Below are positions 1 to 13,937 of a stretch of DNA of 64,000 bases, piece by piece (the first letter of the stretch is position 1; every line of letters begins with the position of its first letter). Under the pieces are notes generated by a model. The model had not been told where the DNA came from, made no database searches, and worked only from the letters and a program-made list of their open reading frames with translations. The translations under genes were made by a program, and so were the position numbers. The stretch comes from Macrostomum lignano (Eukaryota), in assembly GCA_002269645.1 (NCBI GenBank), contig NIVC01002446.1, positions 62,001-126,000 of the forward strand, written 5' to 3'.

Positions 1-2288
1 GGAGCATGATGTAGTTATTTTTGAGCATTTGTTTTAATCAGACAGAAAATACATACAGTAAAATTTTTATTTCAACGCATTTCAACAATAACAATCGAAA
101 ACAAGTTTTCGCATTATTAAAAAACCTTGCTTTTTTATTTGAAAAAGTACGAAATACATTATAAAGGTAACTTATATTTCTTATAGTACTATAGCGAATG
201 AAGTCTTTATTAATTATTTCTGCACTAAGGCGGAAGGCCTTTTAATTTCAATAGATGGTGTGGCAGCCACAGCACTTAAATAATCGGTAAGATTCCCAGC
301 CAATTATTTATTCTCATCTTTACATACGACCATCTCCCAGTTGCAGTCAACCCCTTCACAGTGTTCTGAAAAATCATCTGACAAAACTTGCTCGCCCTTG
401 CTGTGTGATCACTCACTCACTCCATCACTCCATTTCTTCATTTTCGCTCGCCCACCCGTTTTGCTTGCTACTGTTTGACCCTTAGTCTACCTGACTCCCC
501 TGAGTGATGTCACATCCTACCTAAATTGACTCGTCCCCATCCACTTCTTTATTTTTGCACACGATCTCCACGTGATTATCTAAAAAGCACTATTTTTAGC
601 AACGGTACAGTGACGTCAGAACTCCTGATGGCCAGAGTGAGACTGCCATGGCCATAGCCTTGGAGAGCATCACGTGATTAACCTTGTTTGACATTATTTT
701 GCAAGGCCAGTCGAGAGGAAGCAAAAATTTGTGGAAATCTGTTGACCCTTGAGCGCTTGTATAGGTGCGTTCTCAAGCTCATACCGCTTGCAGAATTTAA
801 CTGGGACTTTTGGCCTCCATTGGACGAGAAAGAGTCGAACACTACAGAGATCATCACTCTAAAAAACGTAATTCCGTAATTATTTACGCTTGTAGGTGGC
901 ACTACTATTAGTAGCGCACTATCAAATAAAAGCAGAGTCAATCACCCCAAGGGATTTTATAGTGACTTTCTGAACCTTTGAAGCAAATCGTATTTGATAA
1001 GCATAATAGGTATTGGCTGAATACAATTAGCAGTGTGATGTTTAACTACGTTTAACTACTGAAGTACTTGACTTCAGCTGCAGGGGCTCCGGGCATCCGG
1101 ATACAGCGAGGAGACGTCGCCGCTCATTCTGCTGACCTCTGGCGACCACGGGCAGCTGGTGCTGCGGTGCCGCACAAGGAGATCCGGTGATGCCGGTGTC
1201 CGCAGCGCGGTCCCCCTCCGCCCGGTAGCAGGTAGCGGACGAGCTGGCAGAAATTCTCAGGCCTGAAAACGTCCGAAAAGTCCCGGTTTGGGCCGAGGTA
1301 CATGTAGGGTGAGCCTGTCCTGAGTAAGGGTGGGCCATTCAGATGCTTAGCAAAAACTTCATGGCCCGAGAGTGCCATGGTCACCGCCCTGATGTCCATT
1401 CGGTTGAGTCGAAGTTGGCTGGCTCAACCATACATTATATTGTAATTTGTTGACTCTTGATGGGAACAATGTCGTATTTTTTTAACAACACTTGACAAAT
1501 ATATAAGAGTACGTACATGTAGATTCAAAGTAACAAAAGCAGATCTTCTCTGATTTATAGATAGTTATGCAAAGTTTATTTTTCGTGTTTGTAATAATAT
1601 TAGTCAGAATAAGTTTGCGTTTATTGCGTATTAATGGTTATGACAAATAGCAGAGCGATCCCAGACAAGACAGGCGCGCGATAATGAGCGGAAGAAGTCA
1701 ACTACATCTGCCGTGTCAGTCCGGAAGCTGGGCTGGGATCTGCATCGGGTACTCCCGGAAGTGCAACAATTTGCTTCTGTGAATTTTTTGTAGCTGACTG
1801 AATTGCTCGGTAGTTAATCATCGTTAGATTAGACATTGAAAAAGTCAACTCTTCAACTGAAATGTGATCCGCACTGGCTTTGCAGAATGGCTCGACCGAT
1901 TTCCCCAGAAAAAATCGGACAATTTCCAGCCATTTTTTAGCAAAACTTCAACCGAGAATATACGAGCGTAGTTATAAATATTAAAAAGGATAAGAACCGA
2001 CTGAATGAGATGACACTGTAACAAGAGCTGTGGCCGTAAGGCCGTGAGGCTTTGAGGGAAAAATTAGATTCGATATGTACGTACGCTCGTACATATCTAC
2101 CATTGTATTCATTTGATGGCACCCGAAAGTTTTTGAGTTCGACCACTTTACCACAATACCGCGCCCTAAAATTTCACCAAACCTTAATCCCATAAGTTTT
2201 TAACGGGCATATAAAAATTCAAGTGCTCAGCTTTAAGAGAAGCAGTGCAATCTGCAATTGCAACTCAGTTTTCAGCCGCCGGCCAGCC

Positions 2289-2447
2289 ATGGCCGCCGAA
2301 CTGTCGAGACGCGACATCCGCGCCATAATTTTCTACAATTTCAAGCGCGGCCTCACGACGCAGCAGTGCCATGAAGAGATGCAGGCAGCTCTGGGCAATT
2401 CTGCGCCTTCGACGTGCACCGTCCAGAACTGGTACCGCGACCTTTGG
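2289..2447 (+). mobile_element. Mariner transposase N-terminal (HTH) fragment, truncated
   Basis: MAAELSRRDIRAIIFYNFKRGLTTQQCHEEMQAALGNSAPSTCTVQNWY resembles the mariner paired-like DNA-binding N-terminus; no DDD domain follows. Confidence 0.75.
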
Positions 2448-2889
2448 TCGGCGGTAGAATTCATGGGTCTTCATGATACTGGCTGTCTCCCCGCCCAACC
2501 AATACGAGCGTACCCACGATCCCCAAGTTTGTAGAATCTTGACTCTTCTAAAACTGAACTCTTTTGATGTGGAAAATTCTAAACTGACTACTAGTGCCAG
2601 TATTAAAGTATCAGAATTGCAGATTTTATAAATCAATAGAAATCCACGAATTCAAACACAAAACAGGCTTGCTTCCTGTTGGGTCTCATAAAGCAACGTC
2701 GTAGGGCGCAACCGAAAAGATGAAGCTTGCTGAATTCGAAACCCTTGGGGATGAAAGAGAAGGAAATGTTCACCTGAGTCAGCACTGCACAGGAAGGCTG
2801 TCGGATCACGAATCGGATCAATATTCTGGGATTTAAGGTGAAAATTCTTATATCAATATTTATTATTCATTATTTTACAGGTGCAAATT

Positions 2890-3445
2890 AGGCTAGGGTT
2901 AGGGTTAGAAGGTTGACAGATTTTTTTTAGATTTCAAGGCTTATTGGGGGCATCGCTGAGATGTCAAGGGGGGAAGTTGATATGTTAAAGCTTGTGGGGG
3001 AATTACTGACATTTCAAGGCTTACAAGGGACTTCTGAGGTATATTGTAAAGAGATGCTACATGTAGTTTATTACAAAACTTGTACTGCATTTTTGGCTCC
3101 CAACGCTAAGATACTAAGCTAAAAAATACTACTAGCGCTTCACAAACTTATGCAGATGTCAGGTGTAGGGTTAGTGTTAGGGTTGGTATTATGGTTTAGG
3201 TTTAGGGTTAGGTTCAGGGTTATTGCGTTAAGATTCGGGTTAGGGTTAGGGTTAGGGTAGCTTATAACTTAGCTCATGTAGCTTATTAAAAATGTTTATC
3301 ATGGAAGCATCATGCAAAAATAATGGAAGCGTCATGCAAAAACAATGGAAGCGTCATGCCAAAAATCATAGAAGCATCGATCATGCAAAAACTCATGGAC
3401 AAAATATTGAATTTAGGGTTTTGGTTAGGGTTAGGGTTAGAAGTT
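2890..3445 (+). repeat. Interstitial telomere-like (TTAGGG) patches
   Basis: Short TTAGGG runs at about 2893-2908, 3165-3258 and 3414-3440. Confidence 0.7.
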
Positions 3446-3909
3446 TGACAGGAGATTTTTTAAGATTTCAAGGCTACATGTAGCTTATTAAAAAAACGTG
3501 TATTGCATTTCTTTGGCTCCCCAACGGGGGGCGTAGATTGCTAGTTATTACTAAATACGAAGACCAACAAAAACTAATTTTCAAGACACGAAATTAAATG
3601 CAAAATTAATTTTATGAAATTTGCTATTGTAAAATGGAAACCATGTGGGTAGCTTTATTTTGGACACAAAGTTCTCTTGGAAGTTTTGCAAATGGAAATT
3701 GTTCACTTAGTCATTTTTTCGGCATATTCTAACAGGAACAGGAAACTGGTATGCGAAACCGAACTAAATCCCAAATTTTATGCAACCTTAGTCAAAGACA
3801 TTATTGAGATGTGGCGAAAGTTGAGTTAATTCAAACTATTCAGCCGCATCAGCTATTGAATAAAGTCAATCCGAAGATTCTCTTAGTTAATAATGATATT
3901 TTTCAATTG

Positions 3910-4365
3910 TTGAGGGAGAGGGAAGATAGAGAGATATGAGGGGGAGATAGAGAGAGATGAGGGGGAGATAAAGAGATGTGAGGGAGAGGGGAGATGGAGA
4001 GATATGAGGGGGAGATTGAGATATGTGTGGGAGAGGGGAGATAGAGAGATGAGAGGGGGGACAAAGAGATATGAGAGATAGAGGGATATAGAGAGTTATG
4101 AGGTGGGATAGAGATATGTGAGGGAGAGGGGAGATAGAGAGATGAGAGGGAGAGGGGAGATGGAGAGATATGAGAGGGAGAGGGGAGATAGAGAGATATG
4201 AGAGGGAGAGGGGAGATAGAGAGATATGAGAGGGAGAGGGGGAGATAAAGAGATATGATAGGGAGAGGGAAGATAGAGAGATATGAGAGGTAAGATAGAG
4301 AGATGAGAGGGAGAGGTGAGATAAAGAAATATGAGCGGGAGAGGAGTGATAGAGAGATATGAGAG
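3910..4365 (+). repeat. Degenerate GA-rich minisatellite (about 27 bp)
   Basis: GAGAGGGAGAGGGGAGATAGAGAGATAT-like units. Confidence 0.85.
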
Positions 4366-5157
4366 TCAGTACAATTTAGAAATCTTTTATGGCTCTATCC
4401 GGTCAGGTATTTCACAGTCAGGAAGAGTGGGGGATCTGTACACTCCCCCTCAGTTAGGGCCACTGTACACTCCTGTGTGAGTGTGTGCCTGCGTACGTAT
4501 CCGCGCGCTTGTATGCCTGCTCAGGGGAGTCGGCGGAATGGGCAGCAATGCCTCTCGCCGGTTGTGTGCCTATGTCGCTTAAAGTGAGCCAGGGTGCACA
4601 CAACCCCCCTGCCTCTAATAAAAAAAAGAGTGGGGGATCAGAGGCGTTACTACGAGAGCCAGCGTTCCGCACTGCTCAGTCCTTAGACTGACCGATCTAA
4701 ATTCTGAGCAGGGGGTTTCTCTGACCTGAGTGTGTCAAAAATGTCAGCCATCTGACCTACTAACCTGAAAGCTTAACAATTTCAGAGAAAAAGTAATTAT
4801 ACAGCCCAGTCCAAACGACCCCGGTCATTATTGACTAAAATACGGGTTACAGTGCTGTACAGTCAATGATGTCACTGATTGAGTCATCCTTCATGGAATG
4901 AGCTGGCTTGCAGAAGTTTGACGCTTTTTTGCTGCTTTGCCGCGGGGCACAGAGGGGGAGACACTTGCGCCGAGTCAGATGGCGGTTGCGTCATGGCTCT
5001 GTCAAAAGCTGCAGCGATAATCAGATCTGAGACCCGCGTGCCTTGACAGTCCGCTTCAGTGAGTCCATTCAGCTCTGGACTCACCGTGCCGCGCTCTTCT
5101 GCTGCGCGTGTTGCCTTTGTTTGCTTGTCACGGAAACTGTTGTCACTTGCTTGTGCG

Positions 5158-5507
<350 letters not shown>

Positions 5508-6129
5508 CAAGCTCCCAGAAACCGAAGACTGTCTCATTGGCCGAGCCAGAAGGCAGCCAATAGCCAATAAGCAGCCCGTACCAAAAGAAGCCGCCATTTA
5601 GTGGCAAAGAAAAGTCAATCTTGAGGCAAAAACCAACGCAGAAATCAAGCAGAAATTCACTGACTGCTCTAAAGATTCTTCACTAATCGGTGAGTGCGGG
5701 TGGGCATTGAACACATTTTTTGCGGCTTTGAGTTTGAGATTCTGTCCCAGTTTATCTGGAATGCTGGAGTACATTCGGGGTTTCTATGGCGATCCCCCCC
5801 ATGCTGTCTGTCAAAGAGCACCACGTCTTCTTCTTTCAATTTTCCGCTTTGAAATCTGCCAGGTGACGCGACGTGTCAAGAGAGCCGCACGAGTTTGCCG
5901 TTGACGCTCGCTTGATGAGGCTAAAAGGGAATTGATGCTGGGAATGTCTGCGTCTGCGTGTGCGTCAGCTTGGCGTTTGCAAATAAGGATATTTCCCCGA
6001 AGCTTTTCTGTCTGTGCCGCGTACTTTAACAGTAGGAAATATCAATAGAAACTTAGTGCTGAGATCTGGAATGAGATAACAATTTGTTGCGGACAACTTT
6101 GCAAGGCCACTTAGCAGTGGTATGCGGCG

Positions 6130-7813
6130 GTAGATGGCGGATAGTAGATAGCGGATAGTAGATAGCAGATAGTAGATAGCGGATAGTAGATAGCGGATAG
6201 TAGATAGCGGATAGTAGACAGCGGATAGTAGATAGCAGATAGTAGATAACAGATAGTAGATACCGAATAGTAGATAGCGGATAGTAGATAGCGGATAGTA
6301 GATAGCGGATAGTAGATAGCGAATAGTAGATGGCGGATAGTAGATAGCGGATAGTAGATAACAGATAGTAGATAGCGGATAGTAGATAGCGGATAGTAGA
6401 TGGCGGAGAGTAGATAGCGGATAGTAGATAACAGATAGTAGATAGCGGATAGTAGATAGCGGATAGTAGATAGTAGATAGCAGATAGTAGATGGCGGATA
6501 GTAGATAGCAGATAGTAGATGGCGGATAGTAGATAGCGGATAGTAGATAGCGGATAGTAGATAGCGAATAGTAGATAGCAGATAGTAGATAACAGATAGT
6601 AGATAGCGGATAGTAGATAGCGGATAGTAGATAGCGGATAGTAGATGGCGGATAGTAGATAGCGGATAGTAGATAGCGGATAGTAGATACCGAATAGTAG
6701 ATAGCGGATAGTAGATGGCGGATAGTAGATACCGAATAGTAGATGGCGGATAGTAGATAGCGGATAGTAGATAACAGATAGTAGATAGCGGATAGTAGAT
6801 AGCGGATAGTAGATGGCGGAGAGTAGATAGCGGATAGTAGATAACAGATAGTAGATAGCGGATAGTAGATAGCGGATAGTAGATAGTAGATAGCAGATAG
6901 TAGATGGCGGATAGTAGATAGCAGATAGTAGATGGCGGATAGTAGATAGCGGATAGTAGATAGCGGATAGTAGATACCGAATAGTAGATAGCGGATAGTA
7001 GATAGCGGATAGTAGATAGCGGATAGTAGATGGCGGATAGTAGATACCGAATAGTAGATAGCGGATAGTAGATAGCGGATAGTAGACAGCGGATAGTAGA
7101 TAGCGGATAGTAGATAGCGGATAGTAGATAGCGGATAGTAGATAGCGGATAGTAGATGGCGGAGAGTAGATAGCGGATAGTAGATAACAGATAGTAGATA
7201 GCGGATAGTAGATAGCGGATAGTAGATAGTAGATAGCAGATAGTAGATGGCGGATAGTAGATAGCGGATAGTAGATAGCGGATAGTAGATAGCGGATAGT
7301 AGATAGCGAATAGTAGACAGCGGATAGTAGATAGCGGATAGTAGATAGCGGATAGTAGATAGCGGATAGTAGATAGCGGATAGTAGATAGCGGATAGTAG
7401 ACAGCGGATAGTAGATAGCGGATAGTAGACAGCGGATAGTAGATAGCAGATAGTAGATAACAGATAGTAGATAGCGGATAGTAGATAGCGGATAGTAGAT
7501 AGCGGGTAGTAGACAGCGGATAGTAGATAGCGGATAGTAGACAGCGGATAGTAGACAGCGGATAGTAGATAGCGGATAGTAGATAGCGGATAGTAGATGG
7601 CGGATAGTAGATAGCGGATAGTAGATAACAGATAGTAGATAGCGGATAGTAGATAGCGGATAGTAGACAGCGGATAGTAGACAGCGGATAGTAGATAGCG
7701 AATAGTAGACAGCGGATAGTAGACAGCGGATAGTAGATAGCGGATAGTAGATAGCGGATAGTAGATAGCGGATAGTAGATAGCGGATAGTAGATAGCGGA
7801 TAGTAGATAGCAG
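6130..7813 (+). repeat. 14-bp GATA-derived minisatellite
   Basis: GATAGTAGATAGCG units with variants, about 120 copies. Confidence 0.97.
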
Positions 7814-8290
7814 ACATATTTAACGGGCTAAGTTTTGCATTCATGTATATTGCTATGTGAAAAGTTACATTGGTCGGTTAGTCAGATTAGCACAGGTATA
7901 TAACTTCACCGGACACAGTCAAAGATCAAAGACTGTTCCCATCTTTGCAACCGTAAACGGCGCATCTATCTAATTTCTCATAAGGCTTTTCTGACGAGAA
8001 GTTCAGTTTACAAAGAAACGGGGTAAACAGAAACAGCCAGACTGGCTGACAGTTAGCTAGCTTGTGATTACGTAACACGAGTTGTACACGAGAGCCTGGG
8101 GATAGGGGGGGGGGAGGAGCTCGCGACGAGTCAGGCGGAAGATAATTTAGGGGGCTGAGGGGGACAGACAGTAAATAACGGGTTGTGCTGGGTCAGATTG
8201 CAGCTGCGGCGGCTGCGCTTTGAAGGGGGTGGCTGAGTATTGCTTTGAGCTCTGCTCTGGCAAATTGTTAATGACTGCGTAGCAGGTTGG

Positions 8291-8343
8291 GACAGACAGA
8301 CAGACAGACAGACAGACACACAGACAGACAGACAGACAGACAC

Positions 8344-8410
<67 letters not shown>

Positions 8411-8435
8411 CACAGACAGACAGACAGACAGACAC

Positions 8436-8521
<86 letters not shown>
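8291..8521 (+). repeat. (GACA)n microsatellite
   Basis: Direct reading. Confidence 0.97.
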
Positions 8522-9171
8522 TGTATGCACACAGAATGCGGCTGCAATTCAGACAAATGAGAAGCCAATTAAGTATCCAGACAGCCGGAGTCCAGCTTTA
8601 CTAGAGCGACAGGCCGGCAGGCTCTGCATCTACCCCCCCCCCACTCACTCAATTCATCCTTGAGAACAATTAACAAAGTTAGCGAAGCGAGAAAGTTGCT
8701 GCACACCGGTTGCTGGAAAAAGCCGGGAGCTTCGAGACAACACTAGAGGCCTCCTCTAGAAGACAGAAATTTGCAGAGTGATCTGGGAAAAATCCTGCAA
8801 CAGTTTGATGGGGGGGGGGGGCAGAAGCCTGATTCCGAATTCGGGTTGGGGCGGCTCAAGATGTCCTGCGGCCCATCATTGTTTAGTTTTAAAAAGGCCA
8901 ACACAACTGGGTGTTGGAAACTTCGCACTTCGTTTGGCTCGCGCTATCTTTCTTCTCTGACTTGTATAGTGCTGGCGTCCTGAATGTTTGCGCCCAGCTT
9001 CAGTTTATGCCTCATCATCAATCACTGCAACGCGAGATTTTTGGAAAATTGTAAAAATCTCTGAGCGAAAACTTCAGTTTGGAACTTCTGACAGGGAAGG
9101 CGCCTGCAGGGCGGATAAACAAACAGACGGCGAAGAGGGAAGCAGATGGCTACAGTGGGGCGACACGGGGG

Positions 9172-9317
9172 AGAATGAGACTGAGATGGCGAGAGAGTGA
9201 GACTGAGATGGTGAGAGAGTGAGACTGAGATGGTGAGAGAGTGAGACTGAGATGGTGAGATTGAGACTGAGATTGGTGAGAGTGAGACTGAGATCGGAGA
9301 GACTGAGACTGAGATGG

Positions 9318-9387
<70 letters not shown>

Positions 9388-9388
9388 T

Positions 9389-9481
<93 letters not shown>

Positions 9482-9545
9482 GTGAGAGAGAGAGGGTGGG
9501 AGAGAGAGAGAGGGTGGGAGAGAGAGAGAGGGTGGGAGAGAGTGA
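9172..9545 (+). repeat. 20-bp GAGAGTGAGACTGAGATGGT units grading into (GA)n
   Basis: Direct reading. Confidence 0.9.
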
Positions 9546-9720
9546 AGACTTGATAGAATTAATTTTTTACGTAAAACAACGACTGTACTCGTAACAAATT
9601 TTCAAACTATCATTTGCGGTAAAATTTTAATATAAATTTTAATTCAATTTTTGTTCTTCAAAACTTTCACTTTCACAAACTTTCGCTCTTGCAATTGTGC
9701 CCATTTCGCTGACTCATGCA

Positions 9721-9840
9721 CACGCTCACACAGGGTGTACAGCGGCCCTGACTGTCTAATCCTCAGGCATGTGCACTCTCTGTGCTTTGGGGGCTGGCCA
9801 TCATGGCTGTGAGTCGCACGACAACCCCTTGACCAACTTC
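9721..9840 (+). repeat. Dispersed repeat family member
   Basis: CACAGGGTGTACAGCGGCCCTGACTGTCTAATCCTCAGGCATGTGCACTCTC; related copies at about 20905-21000 (+), 16254-16285 (+) and 4450-4487 (-). Confidence 0.6.
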
Positions 9841-11489
9841 CGTTAACAAGCCCTAAATTGGTGTGGCCGCGAATCTAACCAGGATCTGTGGCGCAAAAGA
9901 TCTCCTCACCTGGGGGGACCGAATCTCCATCGGGAATGGAACCCGGGGGAGCATTGAAAAGAGAGGAGGTATGGAGAATGAAGCTGGGCAGAGTGATGCA
10001 GCTAATCGCTGCCCCACAGACATCTGTTTTCTACTGTCGCTCTGAGGCGCCAGTCTGCCTTGCTGTCTTTGCTGTCACCTGCGACCTGCGGCAGCAGCCC
10101 CGCTCAGTCATAATTGCTTTTCTCATCGCACGGCCCCACCTGGCTATTTATAATTCTGTATTCAGACCCAGCCGACAGAATGCTCTGCAATGAGATGGTC
10201 AATTGTCTCTCGACTCTCTACGCGTTTCTCGCGGGGCCATCCAAACCGCGCCCCGAGATTTGGCGCGCGCGCGCGCTCTTTCAAAGAGAATAAAAGAACT
10301 TGAAGAGGCACTTTGCTGCTTCTACCTGCTGCTGGCTGGCAGGAAAAATAATGCTCCTTCAATTGCGGGCTGGGGGGTTTCTTTTGTGTGCTTTTGTTGA
10401 GAATTTCAGTCTCAGGCGGAGAGGCCCTGGGCTGTATAAAATTGGCTGTAGGCAGTATTGGAATGCTCAGAGCCCGGCCATTTAAAATACATCAACGAAT
10501 TGGACGAATTTCATTTCTGTGAAAATCTTTTTGGCATTCGCTATTAAAGGTGAGTTTATTCATTTACAACGGAGGCAAGAGAGCTTGCACAAGGTCCTGA
10601 GTTCGAGCTGTTTTATTGCTAAATTATAGTTTTTGTGGTTTATTTATTTTATTGCAAGATATTTTCTAGAAAAATATTTTCTAAGAAATCAGCTCTCTCG
10701 TCCACTTCTACTGAAGCCGTCCCTGAGTTCGAGTTCAAAATGTGATTTATCCTCCAACGTACCCAATATCACTGTAGACCTCCCATATGCTCAAGTTTTA
10801 CGACCAAATCTGGACCCAGAATCCCCGCATAGATTAGTTTCTGGTAGACAAATATCCAGCACAGAGTCTTGACCGGCCACTTCTCGGCGGAATGCCGCGG
10901 ATTACGTAATAATATATTCAAATTTTTTCTTGCTGCCCAGCTTCAGCCCTCCATCATCGCTAATTCTCGCTTAGTTTGAGGTCAATAACCTTTGGGGGCT
11001 CTAACTGCCTTCTCCGCCTTCTCTCTGCTGTTAGGCGGGAGACTGAGAGGCGGGCAAGACCGTTCAATCAAATAAGACAGAAAACTTGAAGCAGTTTTTA
11101 TCTGCTATTTCGGTTTTAATAATTAATGAGTCTCTTGGCTTGACGGAGAGGGAACTAGGCTAGGGTGGTTTGCTTGGTTTTCGTTGAATTGAGACGCGAA
11201 TATAACAAATCTTGCGGATTGATTTGGGATGGGTGTGGGAGAATACGGGTGATGGAGTGCGAGGGAATTGATGGGCAAAAGCAGAGACAAACCGGGAGTG
11301 ACTGAAAACACGAGTTAAAGAGGCAGTATGATTTGACAGGATGGATAGCGAGATATTCGAAGAAAATTATGGTTATGAAGAGGAGCAAAAGTGAGAGGGG
11401 AGGGGATAAAGGAAAGAGCCAGGAGGATAACAGAGAGAATTGGTGAAGATAGTGATGAGGAAGAGACGTGATGAGAGAGAGCAGGGTTG

Positions 11490-11875
11490 ATGGAGAGGGC
11501 ATGAGGGAGAGGTATGAGGGAGAGGGGATGAGGGAGAGGGGATGAGGGAGAGGGGATGAGGGAGAGGGGATGAATGAGAGGGGATGAGAGAGAGGGGTGA
11601 GGGAGAGAGAGGATGAGGGAGAGGGGATGAGGGAGAGGGGATGAGGGAGAGGGGATGAGGGAGAGGGGATGAGGGAGAGGGGATGAGGGAGAGGGGATGA
11701 GGGAGAAGGGATGAGAGAGAGGGGATGAGGGAGAAGGGATGAGGGAGAGGGGATGAGGGAGAGGGGATGAGAGAGAGGGGATGAGGGAGAGGGGATGAGG
11801 GAGAGGGGATGAGGGAGAGGGGGTGAGGGAGAGGGGGGTGAGCGAGAGAGAGGATGAGCGAGAGGGGATGAGGGT
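11490..11875 (+). repeat. 14-bp G-rich minisatellite (GAGGGAGAGGGGAT)
   Basis: Direct reading. Confidence 0.95.
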
Positions 11876-12677
11876 GAACCAGGAAAGAGCCGAGACCAGG
11901 GCAGCTTGCAGGAGATAAAACAGAGCCCAGCGCCCAGAGACACAGCAAACTGAAATCAGACAAGTCAAAGCTGGCTCCTGGAACCGCTGCAGAGGAGCCG
12001 GGAGTTTCCGCATTGATTCAGCCAGGCATGGAACTGGCGGAAGTCATCAGCGACTGCCATCTACTATGTGGGGATTATTAAACATTTATGCCCCCAGTCG
12101 ATACCCAACTGTATCTCCCGCTCGCATATATCTGCTTTGTTCATCTGATATTTCCGAGCTGTGCCACAAGGCGAAGAAGGAGTTGATTGACGGGGGGTGT
12201 TGGGGCGGTGGCAGCCCACCGACTGGCAGATTGACCAGACAGTCAGTCTTAATCCCTGCAGTTGCGCTGTGCAGTCAAGATCGCTAGCTACAGATTAACA
12301 AGTCGTCCTCCCCATCTGCAGCTCTCAATCTCTCCTGGGCTGTAAAGGAACGCCAACCACCCCCTCGGCAACCCGGCAAGTCCCGCGGAAATTCCAGAGT
12401 AGAGAATGGAGCAACCCGCTAGGGAGGCTGGCCAGCATTCCGAATCTGCTCATTTCGGATTCGACCGCGCGGGAGCAGTGTGCCGGTTCGAAATCCCCGG
12501 GGAGACGACCCGAGTCTGAGCACCCCAGCTTGGATTGAGAGATAGCCCCGAGTCTGAAGAGCTGCATGCATTTTTTCATTTTCCAACCATGCTTAAAAAC
12601 TAATGCGATGCCCTATCCGGGAGTTGACCAATAACTGTATTCCCAACCCATTCTGACTGCAGATTCGACACAACTAA

Positions 12678-12962
12678 CAGTCAAGCGACACAGTCAAGCG
12701 ACACAGTCAAGCGACACAGTCAAGCGACACAGTCAAGCGACACAGTCGAGCGACACAGTCGAGCGACACAGTCAAGCGACACAGTCAAGCGACACAGTCA
12801 AGCGACACAGTCAAGCGACACAGTCAAGCGACACAGTCGAGCGACACAGTCAAGCGACACAGTCAAGCGACACAGTCAAGCGACACAGTCAAGCGACACA
12901 GTCAAGCGACACATTCAAGCGACACAGTCAAGCGACACAGTCAAGCGACACAGTCAAGCGAC
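12678..12962 (+). repeat. 13-bp minisatellite (GACACAGTCAAGC) abutting ORF 12963
   Basis: About 22 copies ending immediately before the ATG. Confidence 0.97.
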
Positions 12963-13937
12963 ATGTCGAACGCCGGAAGGCAGTGGCCGCAGTCTGCAGC
13001 AGTCCTGCGCCAGGGCGCCTCCGATTTCGACTTTTACAGCAACGTCGGAGACGTCGGCAGCGTCGGGTCGGCATACGACTGTGGCTTTGGCGGAAATGTC
13101 GACAATTTTGGCGATGGAGATGACTCCGGCTACACGGAGATCCCCATGGCAACGGTGGCTGCAGATTCGGGTCTTCGAGATCGAATCGCTCGCCTGGTGT
13201 TCGGACCGTCCAGGCAGACGCCGCAGCAGCCTCCGCCGCCGCCTCCGCCGCCACCGTCGCAAAGCAGCCGACGTCGAAGCGGCCCTGGCAACCGCATAGC
13301 AACGGGCGGCTTCCCCGGCTACGCGTACACCCGCTGGGAATGCCTGCCCTCATCGACGCCGCCGCCGCCCAGGTCGGCGAAGGCGCCATCGGCCGCCTCA
13401 GCCTGCGGCAGCCAGCGGACCGTCCGTTTCCGCTGCCCGCTGGATCCGCACGGGTGTCAAGAGGCGCCGGCAGCTCCATCGGCGGTGGAGAACCGGTGGA
13501 CAGCCGTGCAGCAGCCGTACTCGACCTTCTCCGCAGGCGGCTCAATGCCGGCCTTGGGCGAGCGCTCGGCCTCCAGTGGCTACGGATCCGACGTTGACAT
13601 CGTGAGCGCCGGCGACTTTTACGCGGTGCGCGAGGAGGACATCGACCGGCTGCTGGTTCCGGCGGCAGCGGCGACTCCGTTGCCCCCCGCGGACCCGGAT
13701 GTCGATGTGCAGACGCTGGACCTGTCGGCCTTCTTCCCCTCTCAGCAGCCAGTGGCAGGCAGTGCGCCAACGCAAATCGATGCATTAAAGTCTGTTGAAT
13801 CAACCCGATGCGGCGGCCTGCTGGTCAAAAGCAGCCCAAGAGAACAGCGGCAGCATCAAAGCTTTGAGCTGACGGACATGCGCCCAAAGTCGGTTTCTCG
13901 GCGTGGCAACGCCAGTCATCGATGCTACTATAAGTAG
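12963..13937 (+). CDS. Hypothetical low-complexity protein (324 aa), or the terminal exon of a larger gene
   Basis: 975-nt GC-rich ORF with the same compositional style as the filamin exons, an abrupt switch to AT-rich sequence after TAG, and AATAAA near 14129. Pro/Ser-rich; no domain recognised. Confidence 0.65.
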   Translation: MSNAGRQWPQSAAVLRQGASDFDFYSNVGDVGSVGSAYDCGFGGNVDNFGDGDDSGYTEIPMATVAADSGLRDRIARLVFGPSRQTPQQPPPPPPPPPSQSSRRRSGPGNRIATGGFPGYAYTRWECLPSSTPPPPRSAKAPSAASACGSQRTVRFRCPLDPHGCQEAPAAPSAVENRWTAVQQPYSTFSAGGSMPALGERSASSGYGSDVDIVSAGDFYAVREEDIDRLLVPAAAATPLPPADPDVDVQTLDLSAFFPSQQPVAGSAPTQIDALKSVESTRCGGLLVKSSPREQRQHQSFELTDMRPKSVSRRGNASHRCYYK

